DNA of 50,908 bases. It comes from Nitrospinota bacterium. Lineage in GTDB: Bacteria > UBA8248. The notes beneath the pieces were generated by a model, which was not told the origin of the DNA, made no database searches, and saw nothing but the letters and a program-made list of their open reading frames with translations. The DNA lies in contig JAYGFR010000041.1 of assembly GCA_046581755.1 (NCBI GenBank), forward strand, positions 1 through 50,908, in the 5' to 3' direction. Shown here one piece after another: positions 9,993 to 20,296 of this stretch (position 1 is the first letter of the stretch; each line of letters starts with the position of its first letter). The position numbers and the translations under genes were made by a program.

Positions 9993-11161
9993 CTACTCGG
10001 CCAGGGTGAAGCCTTCGTCGGTGGCGGGGATCCGAGCCTCGGGCAGGCCCAGCTCCCGCCGGACGATGTTCGTCCCCCGAACCAGCGCCACCATCTTGTA
10101 GAATGCGTGGCGGCGGCTCATTCCCTCGCGCCCGAAGCCGCAATCCGTCGAGACGCAGAGCCGCTCGGCCGGGACGGTCTCCAGGGCTTTCCGGAGCAGG
10201 CCGGCGACCTCCTCCGGGCGTTCGACCTGGAGGTTGCGGTGATCGATGACGCCGATGGCGATCTTGGGTTTCGTAATCTTCCGCCCGATGGCGTCGATGT
10301 CCATACCGCCCGTGCTGGCGCATTCGAAGGTGAGCACGTCCACGTCGAGATCGTTCATGTGCTCGAGGGCGGGTTCGTAGCTTTGGTGGGACTCGTAGAA
10401 GCGCTGCTGGGCCGGGTTTCCCCAGCAGGTGTGGCACCAGAGTTCGAGTTTGTCCCGGAGCCCCCGGACGCTGCGGTTGAAGGCGTCCACGTAGAAATCC
10501 AGGGACATTTCGCTGTCCTCGGAATGGAAGTCGAAGCGGTGGACCCAGGGCTCTTCGGCTTGGAATATCTGGCACCCGGCGTCCGCGAGGCGGTGGAACT
10601 CCTCGTTCATGACGTCGCAGATATCGTGAACCAGCTCCTTGCGGTCGTCGTAGTGCTCATTGGAGACGATGGATTCGAGGCAGTCGGCGCTGATGGAGCC
10701 GAACTTGACGGGTTTGTCCGTCATCTGCTGGGCGGCGCGCCAGAGCGGGCCGTATTCGAGCGGGCCTCCTTTTACCTTGCCGGTGACCCGGGGGAGCATG
10801 CGGGCTTCGAGGACTTCGTACATGATCTCGCCGGGCACCGACCCGCCCCAGCTAGCGTGCGCCCGGGAAGTCTCGTAGCCCGAGAATCCCTCCAGGCGCT
10901 GGACGACGTAGCCCACCCAGGAGCGGCCGCCCACGTCCGTGTCGAAGCGCGCGTCGCCGTCGGTGACGATATCGAGGCCGGCGCCCGCTCCTGATCGCGG
11001 ATCACGCAGGAGACGTTGTCGAGGTACTGCTCGCGGAAATTCATGTCGGCCATGGCGACGCGAAAAGGTTTGCCCCCGAAATTTTCGGTGAACCAGCCCG
11101 GCCGGGGGAGGGAGCCCGTGATCGTGGTCGGAAGCACCAGATCTTTCGTCGCTGTGTAGAT
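9993..11161 (-). pseudogene. Cobalamin-independent methionine synthase II (MetE catalytic-domain-only) family protein, frameshifted near 10985
   Basis: LPTTITGSLPRP...DQERA in one frame; GLDIVTDGD...HTCWGN...TFEC...STDCGFG in the next. SD GGAGG precedes an ATC at 11161; an alternative ATG is at 11194. Confidence 0.8.
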
Positions 11162-11268
11162 GCCGTTTTCCTCCCCCAAAGGCCCAAAAGGCATCGGGCC
11201 GGCCCCGGCGGTGGCCCACCGCCGACTTGTAGCGGCGGCTGGTATGGGTGGCCCGAAACCTTCCCGGC

Positions 11269-12264
11269 CTAGAGGCCGATGAGCTTCGCGGTGTTGGTCC
11301 GGAGGACTTTTTCCTGCTCCCCGGCGGTCAGGCCCGCGCCCTCGACGTAATCGACCACGCGCTCCTGCATCATGTCGTAGGGATAGTCCGTTCCGCACAC
11401 GACGTGGTCCTCACCCACCTCCTGGACGAGCCATTTCAGCCCCGATTGGCTGAAGGTGATGACGTCGAAGTAGAGGTTCTTGAAATAGTGGCGCGGGGGA
11501 TGTGGGGTGTGGATCCGGGTCTCGGGCCGCACGTTCCAGGCGTGCTGGATGCGCCCGATCGCCCAGGGCAGATTCCCCCCGGCGTGGGAGAGGATGACCT
11601 TGAGGTTCGGGTGGCGCTCGAAGTGGCCCGAGAGGATGAGGCGCGCGGCGGCGACCGTCGTCGAGAGCGGGTTGCCGATGTGGTTGGCCATGTAGAACGG
11701 GAAGAGGGGCTTGAATTCGGCGAAGTCGGGGTGGATGAACACCAGCGCCCCGAGCCGCTCGGCCGCCGCCCAGAAGGGATCGAACTGGGGCTCATCGAGG
11801 GCCTGGGTGCCCACCCGGTCGCCCATGATGCAGCCGAGCAGGCCCAGGCCCATCGCCCTCTCGAGTTCGGCCGCCGCCACCTCCCCGCCGTTCTGGAAGG
11901 GCAGGGTGGCCAGCCCCCGGAAGTGCTCCGGGTCGGCCTTGCAAAAGGCCGCGATGCCGTCGTTCGATATATGGGAAATATCGTTTCCGGCCGAGCCTCC
12001 GATCCAGTAGTAAAAATGAGGCGGCGAGGCGGAGACGAGGGCCATGTCGAGCCGGTCGGTGGCCATGTCCTCGCGTTTTCGGCCGGCGTCGGAAAGCTGC
12101 TCGCGCCAGTTTTCCTGAAACATTTTCTGGTTATGCCGGGAGGAAACGGTGGGAAAGAATCCCTCGAAGCTGTCGGCGTGCTGGGGCCGCCGCTCGCGCT
12201 CCTTGGCGGCGATGGTCTCGGTATCGGGAATGAAAATATGGTGATGCAGATCGATGTTCGGCAC
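11269..12264 (-). CDS. Amidohydrolase 2 family protein (ACMSD/LigW-like decarboxylase or hydratase)
   Basis: IDLHHH, FIHP, LSHAGG, YFDVIT, VCGTDYPY motifs; AAGGAG SD before GTG. Confidence 0.9.
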   Translation of the reverse strand: MPNIDLHHHIFIPDTETIAAKERERRPQHADSFEGFFPTVSSRHNQKMFQENWREQLSDAGRKREDMATDRLDMALVSASPPHFYYWIGGSAGNDISHISNDGIAAFCKADPEHFRGLATLPFQNGGEVAAAELERAMGLGLLGCIMGDRVGTQALDEPQFDPFWAAAERLGALVFIHPDFAEFKPLFPFYMANHIGNPLSTTVAAARLILSGHFERHPNLKVILSHAGGNLPWAIGRIQHAWNVRPETRIHTPHPPRHYFKNLYFDVITFSQSGLKWLVQEVGEDHVVCGTDYPYDMMQERVVDYVEGAGLTAGEQEKVLRTNTAKLIGL

Positions 12265-12398
12265 TGCGCGTCTCCTTGGAGAGGATGAATAAAGGCCGCC
12301 CTGGCTCCCGGCCCGGGTTGATTATTCAGGGTGTGCCAGATTAGGCCACCCCGCCTTGGGGCGTCAATTGGCGGGGCATGGCGTTTCTTCCGGGTCCG

Positions 12399-12427
12399 TT
12401 GACGTCGCCGGGGGGCGGTGACAAACT
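12399..12427 (+). promoter_or_regulatory. Putative sigma70 promoter for mazG-like/folE2
   Basis: TTGACG-17 bp-CAAACT with extended -10 TG. Confidence 0.55.
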
Positions 12428-12478
12428 GGCGGTTTACGCTTCGAGGGGCGGCGGGAATATCAAGAGGGCGGCAGATAA

Positions 12479-12813
12479 GTGAGCGATAAGGGCGCATCCC
12501 TCCTTCCGCGCACCTACGGGGGGCTCCGGGCGCTTCAGGAAGAGTTTTTGGCGTACCAGCGGGCGGTTTTCCCGGACCGGGAGCCCGGTTTTTTGCCCTG
12601 GAACTCTGCGGGGAGGCGGGCGAGCTGGCGAATCTCGAGAAAAAAGAATGGAAGGGAACCGCCTCTCCGGACGCCGACTACGCCGATGAAGCGGCGGACG
12701 TGTTGATCGCGGTCCTGAATTATGCGAATGAGCGGGGGATCGATCTCGCACGGGCTGTTTCGGAGAAGATGGCCGAGATCGACCGCCGCCGGATGGAAAA
12801 TCCCGGGCGCTGA
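12479..12813 (+). CDS. MazG-like all-alpha NTP pyrophosphohydrolase (1-nt frameshift in T6 run 12589-12594)
   Basis: Restoring one T gives ...ALELCGEAGELANLEKKEWKG...YADEAADVLIAVLNYANERGIDLARAVSEKMAEIDRRR..., which has the ExxE...ExxD MazG motif. Confidence 0.8.
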
Positions 12814-12850
12814 TGGCGCCGCGGTTTTTTTATAAGGAGTATCACTCGAA

Positions 12851-13651
12851 ATGGCAGAATATTCAGAGGTGTCGGCCGGGCTGGCCGATGTTCAGGCAGG
12901 TTCGGATAAGCGCAACGTGCGGATCGATAAGGTGGGGGTGAAGAATATCACCTACCCGATCACCGTAAAGGACCGCTCGAAAGAGGCACAAAATACCATT
13001 GGGACCGTGAACATGTATGTGGACCTGCCCCACAATTTCAAGGGCACCCATATGAGCCGGTTTCTCGAGGTGCTCAACGAGCACAACGGGGGGATTAGCG
13101 TTGACCGGGTTCCCGAGATTCTGAAAGAAATGCGCGGCCGTCTGGAGGCGGAGACGGCACATTTTGCGGTGACGTTTCCCTATTTCATGGAAAAGAAGGC
13201 GCCCATCACCGGCTCGGCGGGAATGATGGCCTACAATTGCGGTTTTGAAGCCACCTCGGAGAAGGAGGAGGATTTCGTCCTGACCGTGGTGGTTCCGATC
13301 GCGACGCTGTGTCCGTGTTCGAAGGAAATCTCAGACCGCGGCGCCCACAACCAGCGGGGAGATGTGGAGGTGAAGGTCCGCTTTGACGGGGAGCTCTGGA
13401 TTGAGGAGCTGGTCGAGGTGGTCGAGGAGGCGGCGAGTTGCGATTTGTACCCCGTGCTCAAACGAGAGGACGAGAAGTTTGTGACCGAAAAAGCGTTCGA
13501 CAATCCGCGCTTTGTCGAGGATATTGTTCGCGAAGTGGCGCTGATACTTCGTAAAGACAGTAGAATCAAATGGTTCCATGTTGAGGTGGAGAACTTCGAG
13601 TCGATCCACTCCCACAACGCCTATGCCCTCGTGGAAGAGACCTGCGGGTAA
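12851..13651 (+). CDS. folE2: GTP cyclohydrolase IB (FolE2)
   Basis: IDKVGVK, KGTHMSRF, TLCPCSKEIS, GAHNQR, NPRFVEDIVR, ESIHSHNA. Confidence 0.96.
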   Translation: MAEYSEVSAGLADVQAGSDKRNVRIDKVGVKNITYPITVKDRSKEAQNTIGTVNMYVDLPHNFKGTHMSRFLEVLNEHNGGISVDRVPEILKEMRGRLEAETAHFAVTFPYFMEKKAPITGSAGMMAYNCGFEATSEKEEDFVLTVVVPIATLCPCSKEISDRGAHNQRGDVEVKVRFDGELWIEELVEVVEEAASCDLYPVLKREDEKFVTEKAFDNPRFVEDIVREVALILRKDSRIKWFHVEVENFESIHSHNAYALVEETCG

Positions 13652-13811
13652 GCGAGATTCCCCCCTTTCTTGAAAGCGGCCATTCCTGCGGATGACGGGC
13701 CGCCCAGCCATTCCGGGCGGTTTTCCGCATCGATGGGGTTTTCGGTTTCCCGGCCCGGTCTGGCGGCGGCGGCGGTTACCTTTATCCGGGCTCGGGCAAC
13801 AGGGGGCGTAT

Positions 13812-13840
13812 TTGACGCCCAGGGGGTCTGAAAATAAAGT
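13812..13840 (+). promoter_or_regulatory. Putative sigma70 promoter for tRNA-Leu/tig operon
   Basis: TTGACG-17 bp-TAAAGT. Confidence 0.6.
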
Positions 13841-13892
13841 AAACTCCCCGGGTGGCCGAGCTTCGCCGCCGGGAGAGGTTGGGAGAGGGTGG

Positions 13893-13977
13893 GCGAGGGT
13901 GGCGGAACTGGCATACGCGCTGGATTTAGGATCCAGTGCCTTCGGGCTTGGGGGTTCGAGTCCCCCCCTTCGCACCA
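13893..13977 (+). tRNA. tRNA-Leu (anticodon TAG)
   Basis: Cloverleaf: GCGAGGG/CCTTCGC acceptor, CTGGA-TTTAGGA-TCCAG anticodon arm, long variable arm, GGTTCGAGTCC, CCA end. Confidence 0.96.
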
Positions 13978-14067
13978 ATTGACCTGGATTCGCATTTCGC
14001 GCCAGGGCGAATTCGCACGAAGCCTTCCGCGGGTTTCCATAAACGAAAAGGAATTGCCGAGAAAGCC

Positions 14068-15411
14068 ATGTCATCCACCATCACCGATATCGATGAATGC
14101 ACCAAGCGCCTCGAAATCGCCGTTCCGTGCGATGAGGTTACGAAAGAGGTCAACCGGGCGTACACGCGCCTGGCGGGCCGGGTGAAAATCAAGGGGTTTC
14201 GAAAAGGAAAGGTTCCGCGCCGTATTTTAGAGCAATACTACGGCGAGGAAGTCTGGGCGGAGGTGTTGAACCGCGTCATTTCCACTTCCTACAGGGAAAT
14301 CCTCGAAGAAAAAGGAATGCGTCCGGTCGGAGAGCCGAATGTGACGGATATCGTCATGGAAGACGATTCGCCCGAACTGACCTACAAGGCCACGGTGGAG
14401 GTAATCCCGTCCTTCGAGCTGGGCGATTACAAAGGGATTCCGCTGGAGATCAAAAGCCCGCCCGTGAACGATGACGCTATAGAAGAGCAGATCGGGCGCA
14501 TCCTGAAGCAGGCGGCGACCTTCGAGGACGTTACCCGGGGAGCGAATTCGGGCGATTATGTGATGTTCGACATCGAGGGCTTCGATGGGGATGCCCCGGT
14601 TCCCGAAACGCACCGTGAAAACGAGGCGCTGCTTCTCGGCGAGGGCCAGAACGAAAAAGAGCTGGAGGAGGCCATTCTCGGTATGAAGGTCGAGGAGGAA
14701 AAAGATTTCGACATCGATATTCCGGACGAGGGGCCGCCCCAGTTGGCGGGGAAAACCCTTCGCTTTCATGTCAAGGTGAAAACCGTCAAGGAGGCGCATC
14801 CTCCCGACCTGAACGATAAATTTGTCCGCTCCCTGGGGGGCGGTCTTTCCTCGGTCGATGAATTTCGCGGCCAGGTTCGAAAGGAATTGGAAACGCACCG
14901 GGAGTCCTCCATTCGCCAGGAAGGTTCGGGCATTTTGCTGAGGAAACTGCTCGAGATGCATTCGTTCGAGGTTCCCTCGACACTCGTCAATTCCGAGGCC
15001 GATGAGCGGATCGGCGAATACGAAAAGCAGGCGCGCCAAGAAAATCCGGACCTCCAGATTACCTCGAGCCAGAGGGAGCAGATGAGAGAGAGCATTCTCC
15101 CCCAGGCCGAGGAGCAGGTCCGCCAGAAGATCCTGATCGACCGGATCCGAGAGCAGGAGGGAATCAGCGCCAGCCAGGAGGAGGTGGATGCCCATATTGA
15201 GGGATTGGCTGTCCGCTACCAGATGCCAGCGGATCGGCTCAAGGAACGGCTGACGATGACGGGAGGCATGACCTCCCTTCTTCGGAATATCAACTATAAT
15301 AAAACGGTCGATTGGCTGTATTATGCGGCCGAGGTCGATGTGAAGATGGAAGATGATGAAACCGAAGGCGACTCCCGGGAAGCGCCGGGAGAATCTGATC
15401 ATTCAGCGTAG
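14068..15411 (+). CDS. tig: Trigger factor
   Basis: Ribosome-binding signature [12 protein letters not shown]-like middle domain; upstream of clpP. Confidence 0.95.
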   Translation: MSSTITDIDECTKRLEIAVPCDEVTKEVNRAYTRLAGRVKIKGFRKGKVPRRILEQYYGEEVWAEVLNRVISTSYREILEEKGMRPVGEPNVTDIVMEDDSPELTYKATVEVIPSFELGDYKGIPLEIKSPPVNDDAIEEQIGRILKQAATFEDVTRGANSGDYVMFDIEGFDGDAPVPETHRENEALLLGEGQNEKELEEAILGMKVEEEKDFDIDIPDEGPPQLAGKTLRFHVKVKTVKEAHPPDLNDKFVRSLGGGLSSVDEFRGQVRKELETHRESSIRQEGSGILLRKLLEMHSFEVPSTLVNSEADERIGEYEKQARQENPDLQITSSQREQMRESILPQAEEQVRQKILIDRIREQEGISASQEEVDAHIEGLAVRYQMPADRLKERLTMTGGMTSLLRNINYNKTVDWLYYAAEVDVKMEDDETEGDSREAPGESDHSA

Positions 15412-15425
15412 GAAAGGGGCAGGTT

Positions 15426-16064
15426 GTGGGACTCATTCCGATGGTGGTTGAACAAACGAGCCGTGGCGAGCGTGCGTACGATATTTACAGCCGCCTCCTC
15501 AAGGATCGAATCGTTTTTTTGGGTACGGCAATCGATGATCATTTCGCGAACGTCGTTACCGCCCAGCTCCTCTTTTTGGAAGCCGATGAGCCCGATCGGG
15601 ACATATCCATGTACATCAACAGCCCGGGCGGCTCCGTGACGGCGGGTCTCGGGGTTTACGATACGATGCAGTACATCAAATCGGATGTTTCGACCATTTG
15701 TATCGGCCAGGCCGCCAGCATGGCCGCCTTGCTGTTGGCGGCGGGAGCCCCGGGCAAGCGGTTTGCCTTACCCAACTCCCGGATTCTCATCCATCAGCCG
15801 CTCGCCGGCGTCCAGGGGCAGGCGAGCGATATCGACATTCACGCCAGGGAAATTCTCCGGATGCGCGGCGAATTGAACAATATCCTGGCCAAGCATTCCG
15901 GACGGGATAAAGAGCAAATCAGCAAGGATACGGACCGGGACAACTTCATGGGCGCCAAGGAGGCAAAAGAATACGGCCTGATCGACGATGTGATTGTTTC
16001 CAGGGTGGATATAACGAAAAATGGCTCAGGTGTTGAGAAAAAGGACGATAAAGCCGATAAGTAG
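15426..16064 (+). CDS. clpP: ATP-dependent Clp protease proteolytic subunit
   Basis: [37 protein letters not shown]. Confidence 0.97.
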   Translation: MGLIPMVVEQTSRGERAYDIYSRLLKDRIVFLGTAIDDHFANVVTAQLLFLEADEPDRDISMYINSPGGSVTAGLGVYDTMQYIKSDVSTICIGQAASMAALLLAAGAPGKRFALPNSRILIHQPLAGVQGQASDIDIHAREILRMRGELNNILAKHSGRDKEQISKDTDRDNFMGAKEAKEYGLIDDVIVSRVDITKNGSGVEKKDDKADK

Positions 16065-16173
16065 GAAAGGTTGAATTTGAGCTGATTTATTCGCTCTTTT
16101 TTAGCCTAATGATTTGGTACCATCACGTGTCCGCAAAAGCGGATTTGATTTTCGCTACCAGGGGTAGGACGGG

Positions 16174-17415
16174 ATGGTGAAACGAAAATCCGACAAAAGC
16201 GATTCCTTGCGTTGCTCCTTCTGCGGAAAGACCCAGGATGAGGTGAGGAAACTCATCGCCGGGCCCCAGGTATATGTTTGCGATGAGTGCGTCGAGTTGT
16301 GCAACGAAATCATGATGGAGGAATGGAACGAGGAGCGGAAACGCGAAGCGAAAAAACTCCTCAAGCCCATCGAGATTAAAAACATCCTCGACGCGCACAT
16401 TATCGGCCAGGAGCGGGCGAAAAAAATATTGTCGGTGGCCGTGTATAACCACTACAAGCGAATCGACGCGCGATCGGACCTGGACGATGTGGAACTCCAA
16501 AAGAGCAATATTCTCATCGTCGGGCCCACAGGTTCCGGAAAAACGCTCATGGCCCAGACGCTGGCGCGCATGCTCGATGTGTCATTCGCCATCGTGGACG
16601 CTACGACGCTGACCGAAGCGGGTTATGTGGGCGAGGATGTCGAGAACATCATTCTCAAGCTGCTCCAGGCGGCTGACTACGACGTCGCCCGCGCGGAGCG
16701 CGGAATCATTTACATCGATGAGATCGACAAGATCAGCCGAAAGAGCGAAAATCCATCGATTACCCGGGATGTCTCGGGGGAGGGCGTCCAGCAGGCCCTT
16801 TTGAAGATCGTCGAAGGAACGATTGCCAATGTGCCCCCGCAGGGGGGGCGGAAGCATCCCCATCAGGAATTCCTCCGGGTGGATACGAGCCATATCCTGT
16901 TTATTTGCGGCGGGGCATTTGTCGGGTTGGATTCGATCATACTGAACCGGGTCGGACGCCGCGGCCTGGGGTTCGGGGCGGAGCTCAAGTCCCAGAACGA
17001 TTCCTCGTTGAGCGAGATGCTTGACCAGGTTTCGCCGGAAGACCTTTTGAAATACGGGCTTATTCCCGAGTTTGTCGGCCGTCTTCCGGTTCTGGCGACT
17101 CTGAACGAGTTGGACGAAGAGGCCCTGATTCGGATACTCACCGAGCCGCGCAATGCGCTGGTCAAGCAATTCTGCAAGCTGGTGAAATTCGAGGACACAC
17201 TTCTCCGGTTCACGGACGGTGCGCTCCAGAAGATTGCCCGGTTGGCGCAGGAACAAAAAATCGGTGCGCGGGGCCTTCGCTCGATTCTCGAGGACCTGCT
17301 GTTGGAGACGATGTTCGAATTGCCCTCGATGGGAGATGTAAAGGAAATCGTCATCGACGAAAACGTCGTGCACCGAAAAGTAAAACCCATTTTGGTTTAC
17401 GAGAAGGCCAGTTAA
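16174..17415 (+). CDS. clpX: ATP-dependent Clp protease ATP-binding subunit ClpX
   Basis: C4 zinc finger, [31 protein letters not shown] loop. Confidence 0.97.
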   Translation: MVKRKSDKSDSLRCSFCGKTQDEVRKLIAGPQVYVCDECVELCNEIMMEEWNEERKREAKKLLKPIEIKNILDAHIIGQERAKKILSVAVYNHYKRIDARSDLDDVELQKSNILIVGPTGSGKTLMAQTLARMLDVSFAIVDATTLTEAGYVGEDVENIILKLLQAADYDVARAERGIIYIDEIDKISRKSENPSITRDVSGEGVQQALLKIVEGTIANVPPQGGRKHPHQEFLRVDTSHILFICGGAFVGLDSIILNRVGRRGLGFGAELKSQNDSSLSEMLDQVSPEDLLKYGLIPEFVGRLPVLATLNELDEEALIRILTEPRNALVKQFCKLVKFEDTLLRFTDGALQKIARLAQEQKIGARGLRSILEDLLLETMFELPSMGDVKEIVIDENVVHRKVKPILVYEKAS

Positions 17416-17465
17416 GCCATTTACCCATCCTTTGATGTGCTATTCCATCTTGTAGCGAGGGATTT

Positions 17466-19991
17466 GTGAGTTTCGAGTCCTACATCCTTCCGTGCGTCCC
17501 TCAGCGGGAAATGGTTCTCTTCCCTCATGTTACCATCCCCATATTCGTGGTCCGGGGCCGCGCGCTGGCTACGGTCGAGGCATTGCAGCCTGGGACGGCC
17601 CGGTTGTTTCTGGTCGCCCAGCAAGAAGTGGGCGATGAGGAACCTGAGCCGGACGGGCTTCATCGAATCGGAACCGAAGCGGAAATTCTTCAGGTGCTCC
17701 GGTTGAGCGACGGAACCGTCAAGGTGCTCCTCGAAGGGCTTGGCCGGTGCCGCGTGAAGGATTTTCAAATCGATGGGGATTCGCTTCTGGCCGAGGTGAT
17801 TCCCCTTGAGGAGCCCGAAGAATATTCCACCGACCTTGAAGCGAGGGGACGCGGCCTTTTGTCCAGCTTCGAGGATTATCTTCGCGTAAACCAGCGGATT
17901 CCCCATGAAATCTATACGGCGGTCGCGGGCCTGGAGAATCCCTCCGCGATGGCCGACGTGATCGTGGCCAACATGCCCTTTAATATTTCCGAAAAACAGC
18001 ACCTCCTCGAGACAATCGATCCCGGCGAGAGAATCGATATTCTCGTCTCGCTCATCTCCCGGGAGATCGAACTCCTCAAGGTGGAGCGGAAAGTGCGTTC
18101 CCGCGCCCGGCGGCAGATGAACCGCAACCAAAAAGAGTTCTATCTGACCGAGCAGATGAAGGCCATTCAAACGGAACTGGGCCGCTCGGACGGAATGATG
18201 GGGGACTCCGAAGAACTGCGGCAGCGGGCCAAAAGGTTGCGTCTTTCGAAAGAGGTGGCCGAAAAGGTGGAAAAAGAGATTACCCGCCTGGATATGATGA
18301 CGCCTCTTTCGCCCGAGGCGTCCGTAGCCAGGACCTATGTGGAATGGCTGCTGGATATCCCGTGGTCGGAAAAGACCCGTGACCGGAATAATCTGAAGCG
18401 TCCTTGGGAAATTCTCGAAAATGAGCATTTCGGATTGAAAAAGGTCAAGGAGCGGATACTCGAACATCTGGCCGTACAGATACTCAACAAAACCATTCGC
18501 GGGCCCATCTTGTGTTTCGTGGGCCCCCCGGGGGTGGGGAAAACATCGCTGGGGCGGAGCGTGGCCCATGCGCTCGGCAGGAAGTTTGTCCGCCTCTCTC
18601 TCGGCGGAATCCGGGATGAGGCCGAGATCAGGGGGCACCGGAGGACCTATATCGGGGCAATGCCGGGCCGGATTATCCAATCGATGAAAAAGGCCGGAAC
18701 GCGGAACCCGCTGTTTTTGCTGGATGAGATCGATAAGCTGGGGTCCGACTTCCGGGGCGATCCGGCCTCGGCCCTGCTCGAAGCCCTGGATTCAGAGCAG
18801 AACAAAAATTTCAACGACCATTATCTCGAAGTGGACTACGATTTGAGCCAGGTCTTTTTCATCACGACGGCGAATTCCACGGACGCGATTCCGGCGGCCC
18901 TTCTCGATCGGATGGAGGTGATTCGCCTGCCCGGCTACACCGACGAGGAGAAGATCGAGATCGCCAATCGTTTTCTCATTCCCAAGCAGCGCAAGGAAAA
19001 CGGCCTCGGAGAGAAGAGCATCAATATTCCGGATGGGACCACCGCTCGGATCATAAACGAGTACACGAGCGAGTCCGGGGTCCGGGGCCTGGAGCGCGAG
19101 TTGGCGACCTTGTGCCGGAAAGTGGCCCGAAAACTGGTTGAAAACAGCGGCGGAAGGAAAACGAAAAAGACCCGTGCGAAATCTCCTTCGGCGTCAAAGG
19201 AAAAAATCGTCCGGGTGAGGCCGGAGGAACTCGAAAAATACCTTGGCGTCCGGCGCTTCACGCCCGATCTTCCGGAATCGCGGGCCGACGTGGGCGTGGC
19301 AACCGGTTTGGCCTGGACCCCGATGGGCGGTGTGCTGCTGCCCGTCGAGGTCAGCGTTTTCGCGGGAAAGGGCGGATTGATTCTGACCGGAAAGCTGGGC
19401 GATGTGATGAAGGAAAGCGCCCGGGCCGCTATCTCGTGGCTCCGCTCGCGGACGAGGGAGCTGGGGATTCCAGCGAATTTTTACGAGAAGAAAGATATGC
19501 ATATTCACTTCCCCGAGGGGGCGATCCCCAAGGACGGCCCCTCCGCCGGGATCACGATGGGCCTGGCCCTGGTCAGTGCGCTTAGCGGCAGAAGGGTCCG
19601 CCACGATATCGCGATGAGCGGAGAAGTCACCTTGAGGGGCCGGGTGCTCCCCATCGGTGGCGTAAAGGAAAAACTCCTGGCGGCGAGAAGGGGCGGAATT
19701 CCGAAAGTGATCCTTCCGAGGGGAAATGAAAAAGACGTCATCGAACTCGAATCCGAATCGCCCCTGGGCATCGAGATTCAGTATGTCGACACCATGGAGC
19801 AGGTGGTGGAGGAATGCCTCCTGCCCAAGGAGGCGAAAAAAAGAAGGCTGGCGCCCAAATCCGTGGCCAAGGATCGGCGAATCGGGCAGGCCTTGAAAAT
19901 CGGCACTAAGCGGCGTCCCGCCGGCATCCCCAAGGCCCCCGCCGTGGGCGGCAAAAAAAGAGGGGGGGCGCTCGCGCGGCGGCCCGAATGA
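17466..19991 (+). CDS. lon: Endopeptidase La (Lon)
   Basis: GPPGVGKTS, GHRRTYIG, PKDGPSAG (catalytic Ser), IGGVKEKLLAA. Confidence 0.97.
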   Translation: MSFESYILPCVPQREMVLFPHVTIPIFVVRGRALATVEALQPGTARLFLVAQQEVGDEEPEPDGLHRIGTEAEILQVLRLSDGTVKVLLEGLGRCRVKDFQIDGDSLLAEVIPLEEPEEYSTDLEARGRGLLSSFEDYLRVNQRIPHEIYTAVAGLENPSAMADVIVANMPFNISEKQHLLETIDPGERIDILVSLISREIELLKVERKVRSRARRQMNRNQKEFYLTEQMKAIQTELGRSDGMMGDSEELRQRAKRLRLSKEVAEKVEKEITRLDMMTPLSPEASVARTYVEWLLDIPWSEKTRDRNNLKRPWEILENEHFGLKKVKERILEHLAVQILNKTIRGPILCFVGPPGVGKTSLGRSVAHALGRKFVRLSLGGIRDEAEIRGHRRTYIGAMPGRIIQSMKKAGTRNPLFLLDEIDKLGSDFRGDPASALLEALDSEQNKNFNDHYLEVDYDLSQVFFITTANSTDAIPAALLDRMEVIRLPGYTDEEKIEIANRFLIPKQRKENGLGEKSINIPDGTTARIINEYTSESGVRGLERELATLCRKVARKLVENSGGRKTKKTRAKSPSASKEKIVRVRPEELEKYLGVRRFTPDLPESRADVGVATGLAWTPMGGVLLPVEVSVFAGKGGLILTGKLGDVMKESARAAISWLRSRTRELGIPANFYEKKDMHIHFPEGAIPKDGPSAGITMGLALVSALSGRRVRHDIAMSGEVTLRGRVLPIGGVKEKLLAARRGGIPKVILPRGNEKDVIELESESPLGIEIQYVDTMEQVVEECLLPKEAKKRRLAPKSVAKDRRIGQALKIGTKRRPAGIPKAPAVGGKKRGGALARRPE

Positions 19992-20053
19992 AATCAAGGC
20001 AGCGGTTGCATCGGGGGCCGATTCGCTCCAGGGGGTTGACGAAAACCGCGTCA

Positions 20054-20083
20054 TTGACAATGATCGCGGCGCTTTCCTATGAT
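20054..20083 (+). promoter_or_regulatory. Sigma70 promoter for tRNA-Val/thrS
   Basis: TTGACA-18 bp-TATGAT just upstream of the tRNA. Confidence 0.7.
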
Positions 20084-20107
20084 TTGCAGATGGCAATCGG
20101 GTTTCAA

Positions 20108-20182
20108 AGGCGCGTAGCTCAGGGGGAGAGCGCTTGCTTGACACGCAAGAGGTCGGCGGTTCAAAACCGCCCGCGCCTACCA
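20108..20182 (+). tRNA. tRNA-Val (anticodon GAC)
   Basis: AGGCGCG/CGCGCCT acceptor, TAGCTCAG D-arm, CTTGC-TTGACAC-GCAAG, GGTTCAAAACC, CCA. Confidence 0.96.
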
Positions 20183-20296
20183 TTTTAAAGACCGGTGAAA
20201 CGGTCGAGCTGCCGTCGGCGGCCCATCGTTCGCCTTTGTCATATCACCAGGGGGTTTTCAGCATAGCCATCAATTTTTATAGGTGTTCGAGCTGAA

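Noticed and set aside
12265..12400. Cobalamin or SAM riboswitch upstream of the amidohydrolase/MetE-like unit
   Set aside because: No recognisable B12-box or S-box core motifs by eye; an Rfam scan would be needed to exclude one fully.
13893..20182. Genomic island integrated at tRNA-Leu or tRNA-Val
   Set aside because: Both tRNAs are flanked by core genes; no integrase or duplicated tRNA 3' end was seen.
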